A stretch of DNA of 64,000 nt from Mobula hypostoma (Eukaryota), in contig NC_086097.1 of assembly GCF_963921235.1 (NCBI RefSeq), forward strand, positions 252,032,001 to 252,096,000, written 5' to 3'. Positions within the stretch are counted from its first letter, which is position 1. Every line of letters begins with the position of its first letter. Shown here piece by piece: positions 12,469 through 25,262 of the stretch. The translations under genes and the position numbers were made by a program. The notes under the pieces were generated by a model. That model worked only from the letters and a program-made list of their open reading frames with translations. It was not told the DNA's origin and ran no database searches.

Positions 12469-12620
12469 TTCACTCTTCCTTCAGTTAGTCCTGACGAAGG
12501 GTCTCGGCCTGAAACGGCCACTGCACCTCTTCCTACAGATGCTGCCTGGCCTGCTGCGTTCACCAGCAACTTTGATGTGTGTTGCTTGAATTTCCAGCAT
12601 CTGCAGAATTCCTGTTGTTC
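12469..12620 (+). mobile_element. Penelope-like terminal fragment with a hammerhead-ribozyme-like core
   Basis: agtc CTGACGA agggtctcggcct GAAA cggccactg followed by gatgctgcctggcctgctg..ccagcatctgcag. Confidence 0.75.
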
Positions 12621-12703
12621 TCATTCATGTTTGTTTTGCTTTAAACTATGATGGGCCATTGGTTTGTAAAATTTTAAACCTCCCCATAGAAGTGAGTGAA
12701 TTA

Positions 12704-15187
12704 CATAGAAACATAGAAATATAGAAAATAGGTGCAGGAGTAGGCCATTCGGCCCTTCGAGCCTGCACCACCATTTATTATGATCATGGCTGATCATCCA
12801 ACTCAGAACCCTGCCCCAGCCTTCCCTCCATACCCCCTGATCCCCGTAGCCGCAAGGGCCATATCTAACTCCCTCTTAAATATAGCCAATGAACTGGCCT
12901 CAACTGTTTCCTGTGGCAGAGAATTCCACAGATTCACCACTCTCTGTGTGAAGAAGTTTTTCCTAATCTCGGTCCTAAGAGGCTTCCCCTTTATCCTCAA
13001 ACTGTGACCCCTCGTTCTGGACTTCCCCAACATCGGGAACAATCTTCCTGCATCTAGCCTGTCCAATCCCTTTAGGATTTTATACGTTTCAATCAGATCC
13101 CCCCTCAATCTTCTAAACTCCAATGAGTACAAGCCCAGTTCATCCAGTCTTTCTTCATATGAAAGTCCTGCCATCCCAGGAATCAATCTGGTGAACCTTC
13201 TTTGTACTCCCTCTATGGCAAGGATGTCTTTCCTCAGATTAGGGGACCAAAACTGCACACAATACTCCAGGTGTGGTCTCACCAAGGCCTTGTACAACTG
13301 CAGTAGTACCTCCCTGCTCCTGTACTCGAATCCTCTCGCTCTAAATGCCAACATACCATTTGCCTTTTTCACCGCCTGCTGTACCTGCATGCCCACTTTC
13401 AATGACTGGTGTATAATGACACCCAGTTCTCGTTGCACCTCCCCTTTTCCTAATCGGCCACCATTCAGATAATAATCTGTTTTCCTATTTTTGCCACCAA
13501 AGTGGATAACTTCACATTTACCCACATTAAATTGCATCTGCCATGAGTTTGCCCACTCACCCAACCTATCCAAGTCACTCTGCATCCTCTTAGCATCCTC
13601 CTCACAGCTAACACTGCCACCCAGCTTCGTGTCATCCGCAAACTTGGAGATGCTGCATTTAATTCCCTCATCCAAGTCATTAATATATATTGTAAACAAC
13701 TGGGGTCCCAGCACTGAGCCTTGCGGTACCCCACTAGTCACCACCTGCCATTCTGAAAAGGTCCCGTTTATTCCCACTCTTTGCTTCCTGTCTGCTAACC
13801 AATTCTCTATCCACATCAATACCTTACCCCCAATACCGTGTGCTTTAAGTTTGCACACTAATCTCCTGTGTGGAACCTTGTCAGAAGCCTTTTGAAAATC
13901 CAAATACACCACATCCACTGGTTCTCCCCTATCCACTCTACTAGTTACATCCTCAAAAAATTCTATGAGATTCTTCAGACATGATTTTCCTTTCACAAAT
14001 CCATGCTGACTTTGTCCGATGATATCACCGCTTTCCAAATGTGCTGTTATCACATCTTTAATAACTGACTCCAGCAGTTTCCCCAGCACCGATGTTAGGC
14101 TAACCGGTCTATAATTCCCCGGTTTCTCTCTCCCTCCTTTTTTAAAAAGTGGGGTTACATTAGCCACCCTCCAATCCTCAGGAACTAGTCCAGAATCTAA
14201 CGAGTTTTGAAAAATTATCACTAATGCATCCACTATTTCTTGGGCTACTTCCTTAAGCACTCTGGGATGCAGACCATCTGGCTCTGGGGATTTATCTGCC
14301 TTCAATCCCTTCAATTTACCTAACACCACTTCCCTACTAACATGTATTTCGCTCAGTTCCTCCATCTCACTGGACCCTCTGTCCCCTACTATTTCTGGGA
14401 GATTATTTATGTCCTCCTTAGTGAAGACAGAACCAAAGTAATTATTCAATTGGTCTGCCATGTCCTTGCTCCCCATAATCAATTCACCTGTTTCTGTCTG
14501 TAGGGGACCTACATTTGTCTTTACCAGTCTTTTTCTTTTTACATATCTATAAAAGCTTTTACAGTCAGTTTTTATGTTCCCTGCCAGTTTTCTCTCATAA
14601 TCTTTTTTCCCCTTCCTAATTGAGCCCTTTGTCCTCCTCTGCTGAACTCTGAATTTCTCCCAGTCCTCAGGTGAGCCACTTTTTCTGGCTAATTTGTATG
14701 CTTCTTCTTTGGAATTGATACTATCCCTAATTTCTCTTGTCAGCCACGGGTGCACTACCTTCCTTGATTTATTCTTTTGCCAAACTGGGACGAACAATTG
14801 TTGTAGTTCATCCATGCAACCTTTAAATGCTTGCCATTGCATATCCACCGTTAAGTGTCATTTGCCAGTCTATCTTAGCTAATTCACGTCTCACACCTTC
14901 AAAGTTACCCCTCTTTAAGTTCAGAACCTTTGTTTCTGAATTAACTATGTCACTCTCCATCTTAATGAAGAATTCCACCATATTATGGTCACTCTTACCC
15001 ACGACAAGATTGCTAATTAACCTTTCCTCATTGCTCAAAACCCAGTCCAGAATAGCCTGCTCTCTAGTTGGTTCCTCAACATGTTGGTTCAAAAAACCAT
15101 CCCGCATACATTCCAAGAAATCCTCTTCCTCAGCACCTTTACCAATTTGGTTCACCCAGTCTACATGTAGATTGAAGTCACCCATTA
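12704..15187 (-). mobile_element. Young CR1 (subfamily A), 5'-truncated within the APE domain
   Basis: 681-aa RT ORF 12803..14848, GDFN..SDH fragment 14823..15185, (CATAGAAA)n tail. Confidence 0.95.
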
Positions 15188-15610
15188 TATTAGACAGTAA
15201 GTGGTGGGAGGGGAGGCTTCGGGGCTTTGATCATTCATTTCTTGTTTCGTGGATGTCTGTGAAGAGTATGAATTTCAGGTTGTACACTATACATTCTCTT
15301 ATAGCAAACTGAACCTTTGAAGGGATGGGAGTGAAGTTGCATCTCAAATGTTACCTGTAGATAATCGTTGACAGTGGGGTACAGCATTAGAGTTGTAGGA
15401 AAGTACAGCACAGAAGCAGACTCTTTGGCCCATCTAGTCCATGCCGAACCATTTAACTGCCTTCCTTCCATAGTCTTTCCTTTAATAGATCAAGATCATT
15501 TAATGTCATTTTCAGTATACGTGTAAAGAAGAACAAAATAATTGTTACTCCAGATCCAATGCAGTACGAGAAAAAGCACAAAAAGATGAAGAACACAGTA
15601 ATATAAATTT

Positions 15611-18600
15611 AAAAATACACAAACTCCTGAAGGCCTCAGCAGGTCAGACAGCATCTATGAAAAAGAATAGACAATAGACAATAGGTGCAGGAGTAGGCCA
15701 TTCGGCCCTTTGAGCCAGCACCGCCATTCACTGTGATCATGGCTGATCATCCACTATCAGTATCCAGTTCCTGCCTTATCCCCATAACCTTTGATTCCGC
15801 TGTCTTTAAGAGCTCTATCCATCTCTTTTTTGAAAGCATCCAGAGACTTGGCCTCCACAGCCTTCTGGGGCAGAGCATTCCATATATCCACCACTCTCTG
15901 GGTGAAAAAGTTTTTCCTCAACTCCATTCTAAATGGCCTACCCCTAATTCTTAAACTGTGGCCTCTGATTCTGGACTCACCCATCAGCGGGAACATGCTT
16001 CCTGCCTGCAGCGTATCCAATCCCTTAATAATCTTATTTTTTCAATAAGATCCCCTCTCAGCCTTCTAAATTCCAGAGTATACAAGCCCAGTCACTCCAA
16101 TCTTTCGACATATGACAGTCCTGCCACCCCGGGCATTAACCTCGTGAACCTACGCTGCACTCCCTCAATAGCAAGAATGTCCTTCCTCAAATTTGGAGAC
16201 CAAAACTGCATACTACTCCAGGTGTAGTCTCACCAGGGCCCTGTACAGCTGCAGAAGGACTTCTTTGTTCTTATACTCAATTCCCCTTGTTATGAAGGCC
16301 AGCATGCCATTAGCTTTTTTCACTGCCTGCTGTACTTGCATGCTTGCTTTTAGTGACTGATGCACAAGAACACCTAGATCTCGTTGTGCTTCCCCTTTTC
16401 CTAACTTGACTCCATTTAGATAATAATCTGCCTTCCCGTTCTTACCACCAAAGTGGATAACCTCACATTTATCCACATTAAACTGCATCTGCCATGCATC
16501 TGCCCACTCACCCAGCCTGTCCAAGTCACCCTGCATTCTCATAACATCCTCCTCACATTTCACACTGCCTCCCAGCTTTGTGTCATCGGCAAATTTGCTA
16601 ATGTTACTATTAATTCCCTCATCTAAATCACTAATATATGTTGTAAACAGCTGCGGTCCAGCACTGAACCCTGCGGTACCCCACTGGTCACCGCCTGCCA
16701 TTCCAAAAGGGACCCGTTAATCGCTACTCTTTGTTTTCTGTCAGCCAGCCAATTTTCAATCCATGTCAGTACTCTGCCCCCAATACCATGTGCCCTAATT
16801 TTGCCCACTAGTCTCTTATGTGGGACTTTATCAAAGGCTTTCTGAAAGTCCAGGTACACTACATCCACTGGCTCTTCCTTGTCCATTTTCATAGTTACAT
16901 CCTCAAAAAATTCCAGAAGATTAGTCAAGCACGATTTCCCCTTCGTAAATCTATGCTGACTCGGACCAGTCCTGTTACTACTATCCAGATGTGTTGTAAT
17001 TTCATCTTTTATAATTGACTCCAGCATCTTTCCCACCACCAACGTCAGGCTAACCGGTCTATAATTCCCTATTTTCTCTCTTCCTCCCTTCTTGAAGAGA
17101 AGGACAACATTAGCCACCCTCCAATCCACAGGAACTGATCCTGAATCTATAGAGCATTGGAAAATGATTACTAATGCGTCCATGATTTCTAAAGCCACCT
17201 CCTTAAGTACCTTGGGATGCAGACCATCAGGTCCTGGGGAGTTATCAGCCTTCAGACCCAACAGCCTATCCAACACCATTTGCTGCCTAATATAAATTTC
17301 CTTCAATTCATCCATTACCCTAGGTCTTTTGGCCACTATTACACCTGGGAGATTGTTTGTGTCTTCCCTAGTGAAGACAGATCCAAAGTACCTGTTCAAC
17401 TCGTCTGCCATTTCCTTGTTCCCCATAATAAATTCACCCGCTTTTGTCTTCAAGGGCCCAATTTTGGTCTTAACAGATTTTTTTTTCCTTTTCACATACC
17501 TGAAGAAGCTTTTACTATCCTCCTTTATATTCTTGGCTAGGTTACCTTCGTACCTCATTTTTTCTCCGCGTATTGCCTTTTTAGTTACCTTCTGTTGCTC
17601 TTTAAAAAATTTCCAATCCTCCGGCTTCCCACTCATCTTTGCTATGTTATATTTCTTCTCTTTTATTTTTATGCTCTCCATTACTTCCCTTGTCAGCCAT
17701 GGCCTCCCCTTACTCCCCTTAGGATCTTTCTTCCTCTTTGGAATGAACTGATCCTGCACCTTCCGCATTATTCCCAGAAACACTTGCCATTGCTGTTCCA
17801 CTGTCATCCCTGCTAGGGTATTGTTCCATTGAACTTTGGCCAGCTCCTCCCTCATAGCACCATAGTTCCCTTTTGTTCAACTGTAATACTGACACTTCCC
17901 TTCTCCCTCTCAAATTGTAGATTAAAACTTATCATATTATGATCACTACCTCCTAATGGCTCCTTTACCTCGAGGTCCCTGATCAAATCCGGTTCATTGC
18001 ACAACACTAAATCTAGAATTGCGTTCTCTCTGGTAGGCTCCAGTACAAGCTGTTCTAAGAATCCATCTCGGAGGGACTCCACAAACTCCCTTTCTTGGGG
18101 TCCAGCACCAACCTGATTCCTCCAGTCTACCTGCATGTTGAAGTCCCCCATAATAACCGTAGCATTACCTTTGCGACATGCCAACTTTAACTCTTGATTC
18201 AACTTACACCCTACATCCAGACTACTGTTTGGGGGCCTGTAGATAACTCCCATTAGGGTCTTTCTACCCTTAGAATGTCTCAGTTCTATCCATACTGACT
18301 CTACGTCTCCTGATTCTATGTCCCCCCTCACAAGGGACTGAAAATCATTCCCCACCAACAGAGCCACCCCACCCCCCACCCATCAGTCTGTCCTTTCGAT
18401 AGGACGTATCCTTGAATATTCATTCCCCAGGCCCTGTCCACTTGAAGCCATGTCTCTGTTAATCCCACAACATCATACTTACCAACTTCCAACTGAGCCT
18501 CAAGCTCATCCACTTTATTTCTTATACTCCGTGCATTCATATACAATACTTTTAATTCATTACTCCCCTCACCTCCCATATCAATTCCTATTTCACTTGG

Positions 18601-19622
18601 CCATGCTGTACGATCCCTTCTTGAGCTTTCTGCTGTGATGATTCTGCTGTGATTCTTAACTTTTCTTATTCTCACTTTCCCTTTATCTTCATCCTTATGT
18701 TTCCAGTTCGTCCCCCCCCCCACTACTTAGATTAAACACCCCCGTGTTGCAGAGGCAAACCTGCCTGCCAGAATGTTGATGCCCGCTTATTAAGGTGCAA
18801 CCCGTCCCTTTTGTACAATTCATCCTTACCCCGAAACATACCCCAGTGGAATGAATGAACAGTTGATTTTTCAGACCGAGACCCTTCTTCAGGACTGGAA
18901 AGAATGGGGGATATGCCAGAATAAAAAAAGTTGGGGGAGAGAAAGGAGGATACTTATAAGGTGATAGGTGAAGCCATTGAGTCAGAAAGGTAAAAGGCTG
19001 GAGAAGAAGGAATCTGATTGGAGAGGAGCGTGGACCGTAGGAGAAAGGGAAGGGAAAGGGAACCCGGGGGAGGTAATAGGCAGGTGAGAAGAGGGAAGAG
19101 GCTGGATTGGGGAATAGAGGAAGAGTGGAGGGGGAGGCAAAGTTTTTTTTACTGGAAGGAGAATCGATATTCATGCCATCAAATTGGAGACTACTCAAAC
19201 GGAATATAAGGTGTTGCTCCTACGGTCCACTCTGCTCTCCAATAGATTCCTTCTCCAGCCATTTCCGTTTGGGGGAGAGAAAGGTGGACACCTGGCACAA
19301 GAGGAGGCCACGAGCCAACATGTCGGAATGGAATCAGAATTAAAATGTCTACGGAGTTGCTCAACAAAGCAGTCCTCCAATTTACAACGGGTCTCACGAG
19401 TATAGAGGAGGCTGCATCAGGAGCACCTGACACAATAGGTGGCCCTAGTAGATTCGCGGGTGAAGTGTTGCTTCACCTGGGTGGACTCTTTAGGGCCCAG
19501 AATGGAGGTGAGGGAGGAGGTGTTTGGGGAGGTGTAGCACTTTAGCTTCTTGCATGGATAAGTGCGAGGAGGGAGATTAGTGAGGAGGGACGAATGGACA
19601 AAGGAATCACGGAGGGAGCGAT
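15611..19622 (-). mobile_element. Penelope-like element remnant (15611-15665 and 18846-19622): Cys-rich linker, GIY-YIG endonuclease and terminal repeat
   Basis: TYPCKKLKCYT...HFTRESTRATYCVRCS*CSLLYTRET..LEDCFVEQLR matches a degenerate PLE GIY-YIG; terminal cagtcCTGAAGAagggtctcggtctGAAA; the Cys-rich linker suggests Neptune type (inference). Confidence 0.8.
15666..18848 (-). mobile_element. CR1 (subfamily D) with ORF1 C-terminus and a frameshifted ORF2
   Basis: ORF1 esterase-like block HWGMFRGKDELYKRDGLHLN at ~18785-18848; APE (NARS, GLTETW, YRPP, GDFN, SDH) and RT (FADD) split over five ORFs; (TATTGTC)n tail. Confidence 0.92.
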
Positions 19623-20175
19623 GGAATACAAAAGTAAGATAGCCAATAATATTAAAGAGTAATGGAGGACAAGGAAAATGCGGATGAACTGAATAAGTAT
19701 TTTGCATCAGTCTTCACTGTGGAAGACACGCAGTATGGTGAAAGTTCCAGGTGTCAGGGGTCATGAAGTCTGTGAAGTTTCTTGGGAAACTGAAAGGTCT
19801 GAAGGTAGAACAATCACCTTGACCAGGGGGTGTACACCCCAGGGTTCTGAAAGAGGTGACTGAAGAGACTGTGGAGACATTAGTAATAATTTTTCAAGAA
19901 TCACTAGATTCTGGAATGGTTCCAGAAGACTCAAAAATTGGAAATGTCACTCCACTCTTCAAGAAAGGAGAGAGGCAGAAGAAAGGAAACTGGGTGACAG
20001 TCAGGAAGAGGCACAGTGTGATTGGGAAGATGTTAAAATCGATTATATCAAATGGTAAAAGCTTTGATAGAGTGGATGTGGAGAGGATGTTCCCTACGGT
20101 AGAAGACTCTGTGTCCAGAGGATACAGCCTCAGAATAAAGGGGTGTCCTTTTAGAATGGAAATAAGGAGAAATTT

Positions 20176-20530
20176 AGAAACATAGAAAACCTACAACACA
20201 ATAATAGGCCCTTTGGCCCAAAAAGCTGTGCCGAACTTGTACTTACTTTAGAACTACCTAGGCTTACCCAAAGCCCTCTATTTTTCTGAGCTCCATGTAT
20301 CCATCCAGGAGTCTCTTAAAAGACCCTATTGTATCCGCCTCCACCACCGCTGCCGGCAGCCCTTTCCACGCACTCACCACTCTCTGCGTAAAAAAACTTA
20401 CCTCTGACATCTCCTCTGTACCTACTTCCAAGCATCTTAAAACTATGACCTCTCATGCTAGCCATTTCAGCCCTGAGAAAAAGCCTCTGACTATCCACAC
20501 GATCAATGCCTCTCATTATCTTATACACCT
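20176..20530 (-). mobile_element. CR1 3' fragment
   Basis: YKIMRGIDRVDSQRLF; tagaaacatagaaa tail; similar to 6771-7498. Confidence 0.85.
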
Positions 20531-20581
20531 TTAGCAGGAGCAGCTGTGGAGGCCAAGTCTTTATGTATATTTATTATGTAT

Positions 20582-21080
20582 AGTGGCCTCACTATAAGAA
20601 GGATGTGGAAACATTGGAAAGGGTACAGAGGAGATTTACCAGGATGCTGCCTGGTTTAGAGAGTATGCATTACGATCAGAGATTAAGGGAGCTAGGGCTT
20701 TACTCTTTGGAGAGAAGGAGGATGAGAGGAGACGTGATAGAAGTGTACAAGATATTAAGAGGAATAGATAGAGTGGACAGCCAGCACCTCTTCCTCAGGG
20801 CACCACTGCTCAATACAAGAGGACATGACTTTAAGGTAAGGGGTGGGAAGTTCAAGGAGGATATTAGAGGAAGGTTTTTTACTCAGAGAGTGGTTGGTGC
20901 GTGGAATGCACTGCCTGAGTCAGTGGTGGAGGCAGATACACTCGTGAAGTTTAAGAGACTACTAGACAGGTATATGGAGGAATTTAAGGTGGGGGGTTAT
21001 ATGGGAGGCAGGGTTTGAGGGTCGGCACAACATTGTGGGCCGAAGGGCCTGTAAGGTGCTGTACTATTCTATGTTCTATA
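20582..21080 (+). mobile_element. CR1 3' fragment
   Basis: ORF 20605..21018 (LERVQRRFTRMLPG...FFTQRVV); ttctatgttcta tail. Confidence 0.9.
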
Positions 21081-21589
21081 TTTAAGGCAGAGGTTGATAG
21101 ATTCTTGATTGGTCAGGCATGAAGGGATATGGGGAGAAAGCAGGAGATCGGGGCTGAGAGGGAAATGGATCAGACATGATGAAATGATGGAGCAGACTCA
21201 ATCGGACAAACCGCCTAAATCTGATCCTATAATCTTATGGTCTTGATAATGGTTTTAAACACCGGGCCTCAATCAACATCAAATTGAATCAACCGACTAA
21301 TTTGGTACACAGGCCGCTGGATTGCTAGTTCAGTAACATCAAGATCATTTGTGCCAAATGAACCGTGTCTGGGGGTAAACTTGTCTCATTTTGTTACAGT
21401 TTCATTCTCATTAAAATACCTAAGTGGTCTGACTTCAACTAACCATGTATTAAAAGTGGTAATTTATAAACTGTTGTTTCATCTCTAATTAAAGCTGTGG
21501 TCACAGAACTGACAGTATATGTGATGATGCATTTAGTCGTACAGTGTCCAACAGTATACATGCCAAAACAGTTCCCGAGATTTCAGTTT

Positions 21590-21885
21590 TAGAATACAGG
21601 CCCTTCAGCCATAATGTTGTGCCAACTTGTTAACCTACTCATTTTGCTATCATCCATGCGCCTATCTAAAAGTCCCTAATGTATCTGCTCCTACCACCAC
21701 CCCTGGCAGGGGCATGCACACACCCACCACTCTGTGTAAAAAAAAAACAAACAACAACACCTACCTCGGACATCCCCCCATACTTTCCTCCAATCACCTT
21801 AAAATTATGCCCCCTCAAATTAGCCACCTGCCGTGGGAAGACGTCTTTGCCTGTCTACATGCTCTCTTATCTTGTACACCTCTAT
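21590..21885 (-). mobile_element. Degraded CR1 3' fragment
   Basis: aggcccttcagcc..aatgttgtgcc 3' UTR hairpin region and caccactctgtgtaaaaa. Confidence 0.6.
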
Positions 21886-21945
21886 CCTTTGAAGAGAAAA
21901 GCCGTAAATGACAAATTTGTTGAAACTATTTTACGTTTTGACTAG

Positions 21946-22019
21946 GTTGCAATATTGTGTCAATTCCTCAGAGAGGTGGATTATATGACTGCTTTCAAGG
22001 CTTTGCAAGAACAAAACAG
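21946..22019 (+). CDS. INTS8: INTS8 coding exon: VAILCQFLREVDYMTAFKALQEQN(S)
   Basis: ttttgactAG acceptor, AG|GTAAAA donor, 74 nt, phase 0-2; matches INTS8 VAILCQFLREIDYKTAFK as I recall it. Confidence 0.93.
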
Positions 22020-22522
22020 GTAAAAAAAAACTTTCTAACAACAAAATACCGTAGCGGCTGGAAACCTGGAATTATGACAAAATGCTGGAAGCATTTGGAT
22101 CAGACATCTGTGAAGAGAGTAGTCTGGAACATATTTCAGGTTAATGGTGTTACATTAAAACATGGAACAGTGTGTTGGATTCTGATGCCTTTAATCCAAT
22201 ATTCTTTCAGAAGTCAGGAAAGAGGCATAAAACTTGTGGCTTCGCAGTCGTTTTATGAAGCATTAATAGAACAAAGAGTGTTGGAAGCAGACAGTGTTGG
22301 GACAGGGGCTGGCAGTAGAAGGGAGAGAAAAAGCAAAGATGGCAGAGCCTCATAGTCATCTCTTTTTATATCCCACAGATGAGAAACATTCCATTCAAAT
22401 TCATAGATAATAGTCAACCAATCAGATAGCTCCTATTCAAATAAGACAATAGCAAGAGAACTTTCCAGAATTATACAAATGTACCCACCAGGCAACACAC
22501 TGAACAATTTCATATACACATA

Positions 22523-22642
22523 AACAAGAGAAAATCTGCAGATGCTGGAAATCCGAGCAACACACACAAATGCTGGAGGAACTCATCAGGCCAGACAGCA
22601 TCTATGGAAAAGAGTAAACAGTCGACTGTTTACTCTTTTCCA
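22523..22642 (-). mobile_element. Penelope-like terminal fragment ending in a 38-bp perfect palindrome
   Basis: ctgcagatgctggaaat..tgctggaggaactc..tggaaaagagtaaacagtc|gactgtttactcttttcca. Confidence 0.75.
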
Positions 22643-22851
22643 ATTTCAATTTCGTATCCATACTTTGACCATGAGGAAACATACTAAAATTTTTTTAAAA
22701 TGCAGCTGGTAATTTGTTGAGCTGCAAAGAAATAAGAATCAAATAGTCTAATCCAACAAGTTTCAACGTGCAGACAAGTAGAAAAGTTGAGGCACTGCGA
22801 TAGAGCGGAGACCAGGAGAAGCTGAAAGGTGTACGGGTTGAGCAAATTGCT

Positions 22852-25262
22852 AACATGAGATTCTGCAGATGCTAGAAATCTGGAGCAACATATAATTACG
22901 GAGAAGGATAGGACTGGACCCAGGGTTGAGATTTTTGATTGGAGAAAGGCTAATTTTGAGGAGATGCGAAAGGATTTAGAAGGAGTGGATTGGGACAATT
23001 CGTTTTATGGGAAGGATGTAATAGAGAAATGGAGGTCATTTAAAGGAGAGATTTTGAGGGTACAGAATCTTTATGTTCCTGTTAGGTTGAAAGAAAAGGT
23101 TAAAAGTTTGAGAGAGCCATGGTTTTCAAGGGATATTGGAAACTTGGTTTGGAAAAAGAGAGAGATCTACAATAAATATAGGCAGCTTGGAGTAAATGAG
23201 GTGCTCGAGGAATGTAAAGAATGTAAAAAGAATCTTAAGAAAGAAATTAGAAAAGCTAAAAGAAGATATGAGGCTGCTTTGGCGAGTAAGGTGAAAATAA
23301 ATCCAAAGGGTTACAGTTATATTAATAGCAAAAAGATAGTGAGGGATAAAATTGGTCCCTTAGAGAATCAGAGTGGACAGCTATGTGCGGAACCAAAAGA
23401 GATGGGGGAGATTTTGAACAATTTCTTTTCTTCGGTATTCACTAAGGAGAAAGATATTGAATTGTGTAAGGTAAGGGAAACAAGTAGGGTAGTTATGGAA
23501 ACTATGATGATTAAAGAAGAGGAAGTACTGATGCTTTTAAGGAATATAAAAGTGGATAAGTCTCTGGGTCCTGACAGGATATTCCCTAGGATCTTGAGGG
23601 AAGTTAGTGTAGAAATAGCAGGGGCTCTGACAGAAATATTTCAAATATCATTAGAAACGGGGATGGTGCCGGAGGATTGGCGTATTGCTCATGTTGTTCC
23701 ATTGTCTAAAAAGGGTTCTAAGAGTAAACCTAGCAATTATCGGCCTGTAAGTTTGATGTCAGTTGTGGGTAAATTGATGGAAAGTATTCTTAGAGATGGT
23801 GTATATAATTATCTGGATAGACAGGGTCTGATTAGGAACAGTCAACATGGATTTATGCGTGGAAAGTCATGTTTGACAAATCTTACTGAATTTTTTGAAG
23901 AGGTTACTAGGAAAGTTGATGAAGGTAAAGTGGAGAATGTTGTCTATATGGACTTCAGTAAGGCCTTTGGCAAGATTCCACACGGAAGGTTAGTTAGGAA
24001 GGTTCAATCGTTAGGTATTAATATTGAAGTAGTAAAATGGATTCAACAGTGGCTGGATGGGAGATGCCAGAGAGTAGTGGTGGATAACTGTTTGTCAGAT
24101 TGGAGGCTGGTGACTAGTGGTGTGCCTTGGGGATCTGTACTGGGTCCAATGTTGTTTGTCATATATATTAATGATCTGGATGATGGAGTGATAAATTGGA
24201 TTAGTAAGTATGTGGATGATACTAAGATAGATGGAGTTGTGGATAATGAAGTAGGTTTTCAAAGCTTGCAGAGAGATTTAGGCCAGTTAGAAGAGTGGGC
24301 TGAAAGATGGCAGATGGAGTTTAATGCTGATAAATGTGAGGTGCTACATTTTGGTAGGGCTAATCAAAATAGGACATACATGGTAAATGGTAGGGCATTG
24401 AAGAATGCAGTAGAACAGAGTGACCTAGGAATAATGGTGCATAGTTCCCTGAAGGTGGAATCTCATGTGGATAGGGTGGTGAAGAAAGCTTTTGGTATGC
24501 TGGCCTTTATAAATCAGAGCATTGAGTACAGGAGTTGGGATGTAATGTTGAAATTGTACAAGGCATTGGTGAGGCCAAACTTGGAGTATTGTATACAGTT
24601 CTGGTCACCGAATTATAGGAAAAATGTCAATAAAATAGAGAGAGTACAGAGAAGATTTACTAGAATGTTACCTGGGTTTCATCTCCTAAGTTACAGAGAA
24701 AGGTTGAACAAGTTAAGTCTTTATTCTTTAGAGTGTAGAAGGTTGAGGGGGGACTTGATAGAGGTGTTTAATATTATGAGGGGGATAGATAGAGTTGACG
24801 TGGACAGGCATTTTCCATTGAGAGTGGGGGAAATTCAAACAAGAGGACATGAGTTGAGAGTTAAAGGGCAAAAGTTTAGGGGTAACATGAGGGGGAACTT
24901 CTTTACTCAGAGAGTGGTAGCTGTGTGGAACGAGCTTCCAGCAGAAGTGGTTGAGGCAGGTTCGATGTTGTTTAAAGTTAAACTGGATAGATATATGGAC
25001 AGGAAAGGAATGGAGGGTTATGGGCTGAGTGCAGGTCAGTGGGACTAGGTGAGAGTAAGCGTTCGGCATGGACTAGAAGGGCTGAGATGGCCTGTTTCCG
25101 TGCTGTAATGGTTATATGGTTAACACATACAAAATGCTGGAGGAACTCAGCAGGTCAGGCAGCATTAATGGAAATGAATAAACAGTTGACTTTTCATGCC
25201 CAGACCCTCTTCAGGACTAGAAAGGAAAGGGCCAGAAGCCGGAATAAGGTGGTGAAGGGGAA
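22852..25262 (-). mobile_element. Penelope-like terminal fragment split by a CR1 (22852-22893 and 25122-25262)
   Basis: ctgcagatgctagaaatctggagcaaca on the left; acaaaatgctggaggaactcagcagg...ttcaggact on the right. Confidence 0.7.
22894..25121 (+). mobile_element. 5'-truncated CR1 (subfamily C) with an uninterrupted 694-aa RT ORF
   Basis: NYRPVSL, VPWGSVLGP, YVDD, RPNLEYC motifs; atggttatatggtt tail; no APE domain. Confidence 0.93.

Larger units (their letters stand above)
19623..21245 (+). mobile_element. Old fragmented CR1 containing two nested CR1 3' fragments
   Basis: VIIFQESLDSGMVPED motif, internal deletions, 3' UTR resumes at ~21080. Confidence 0.7.
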
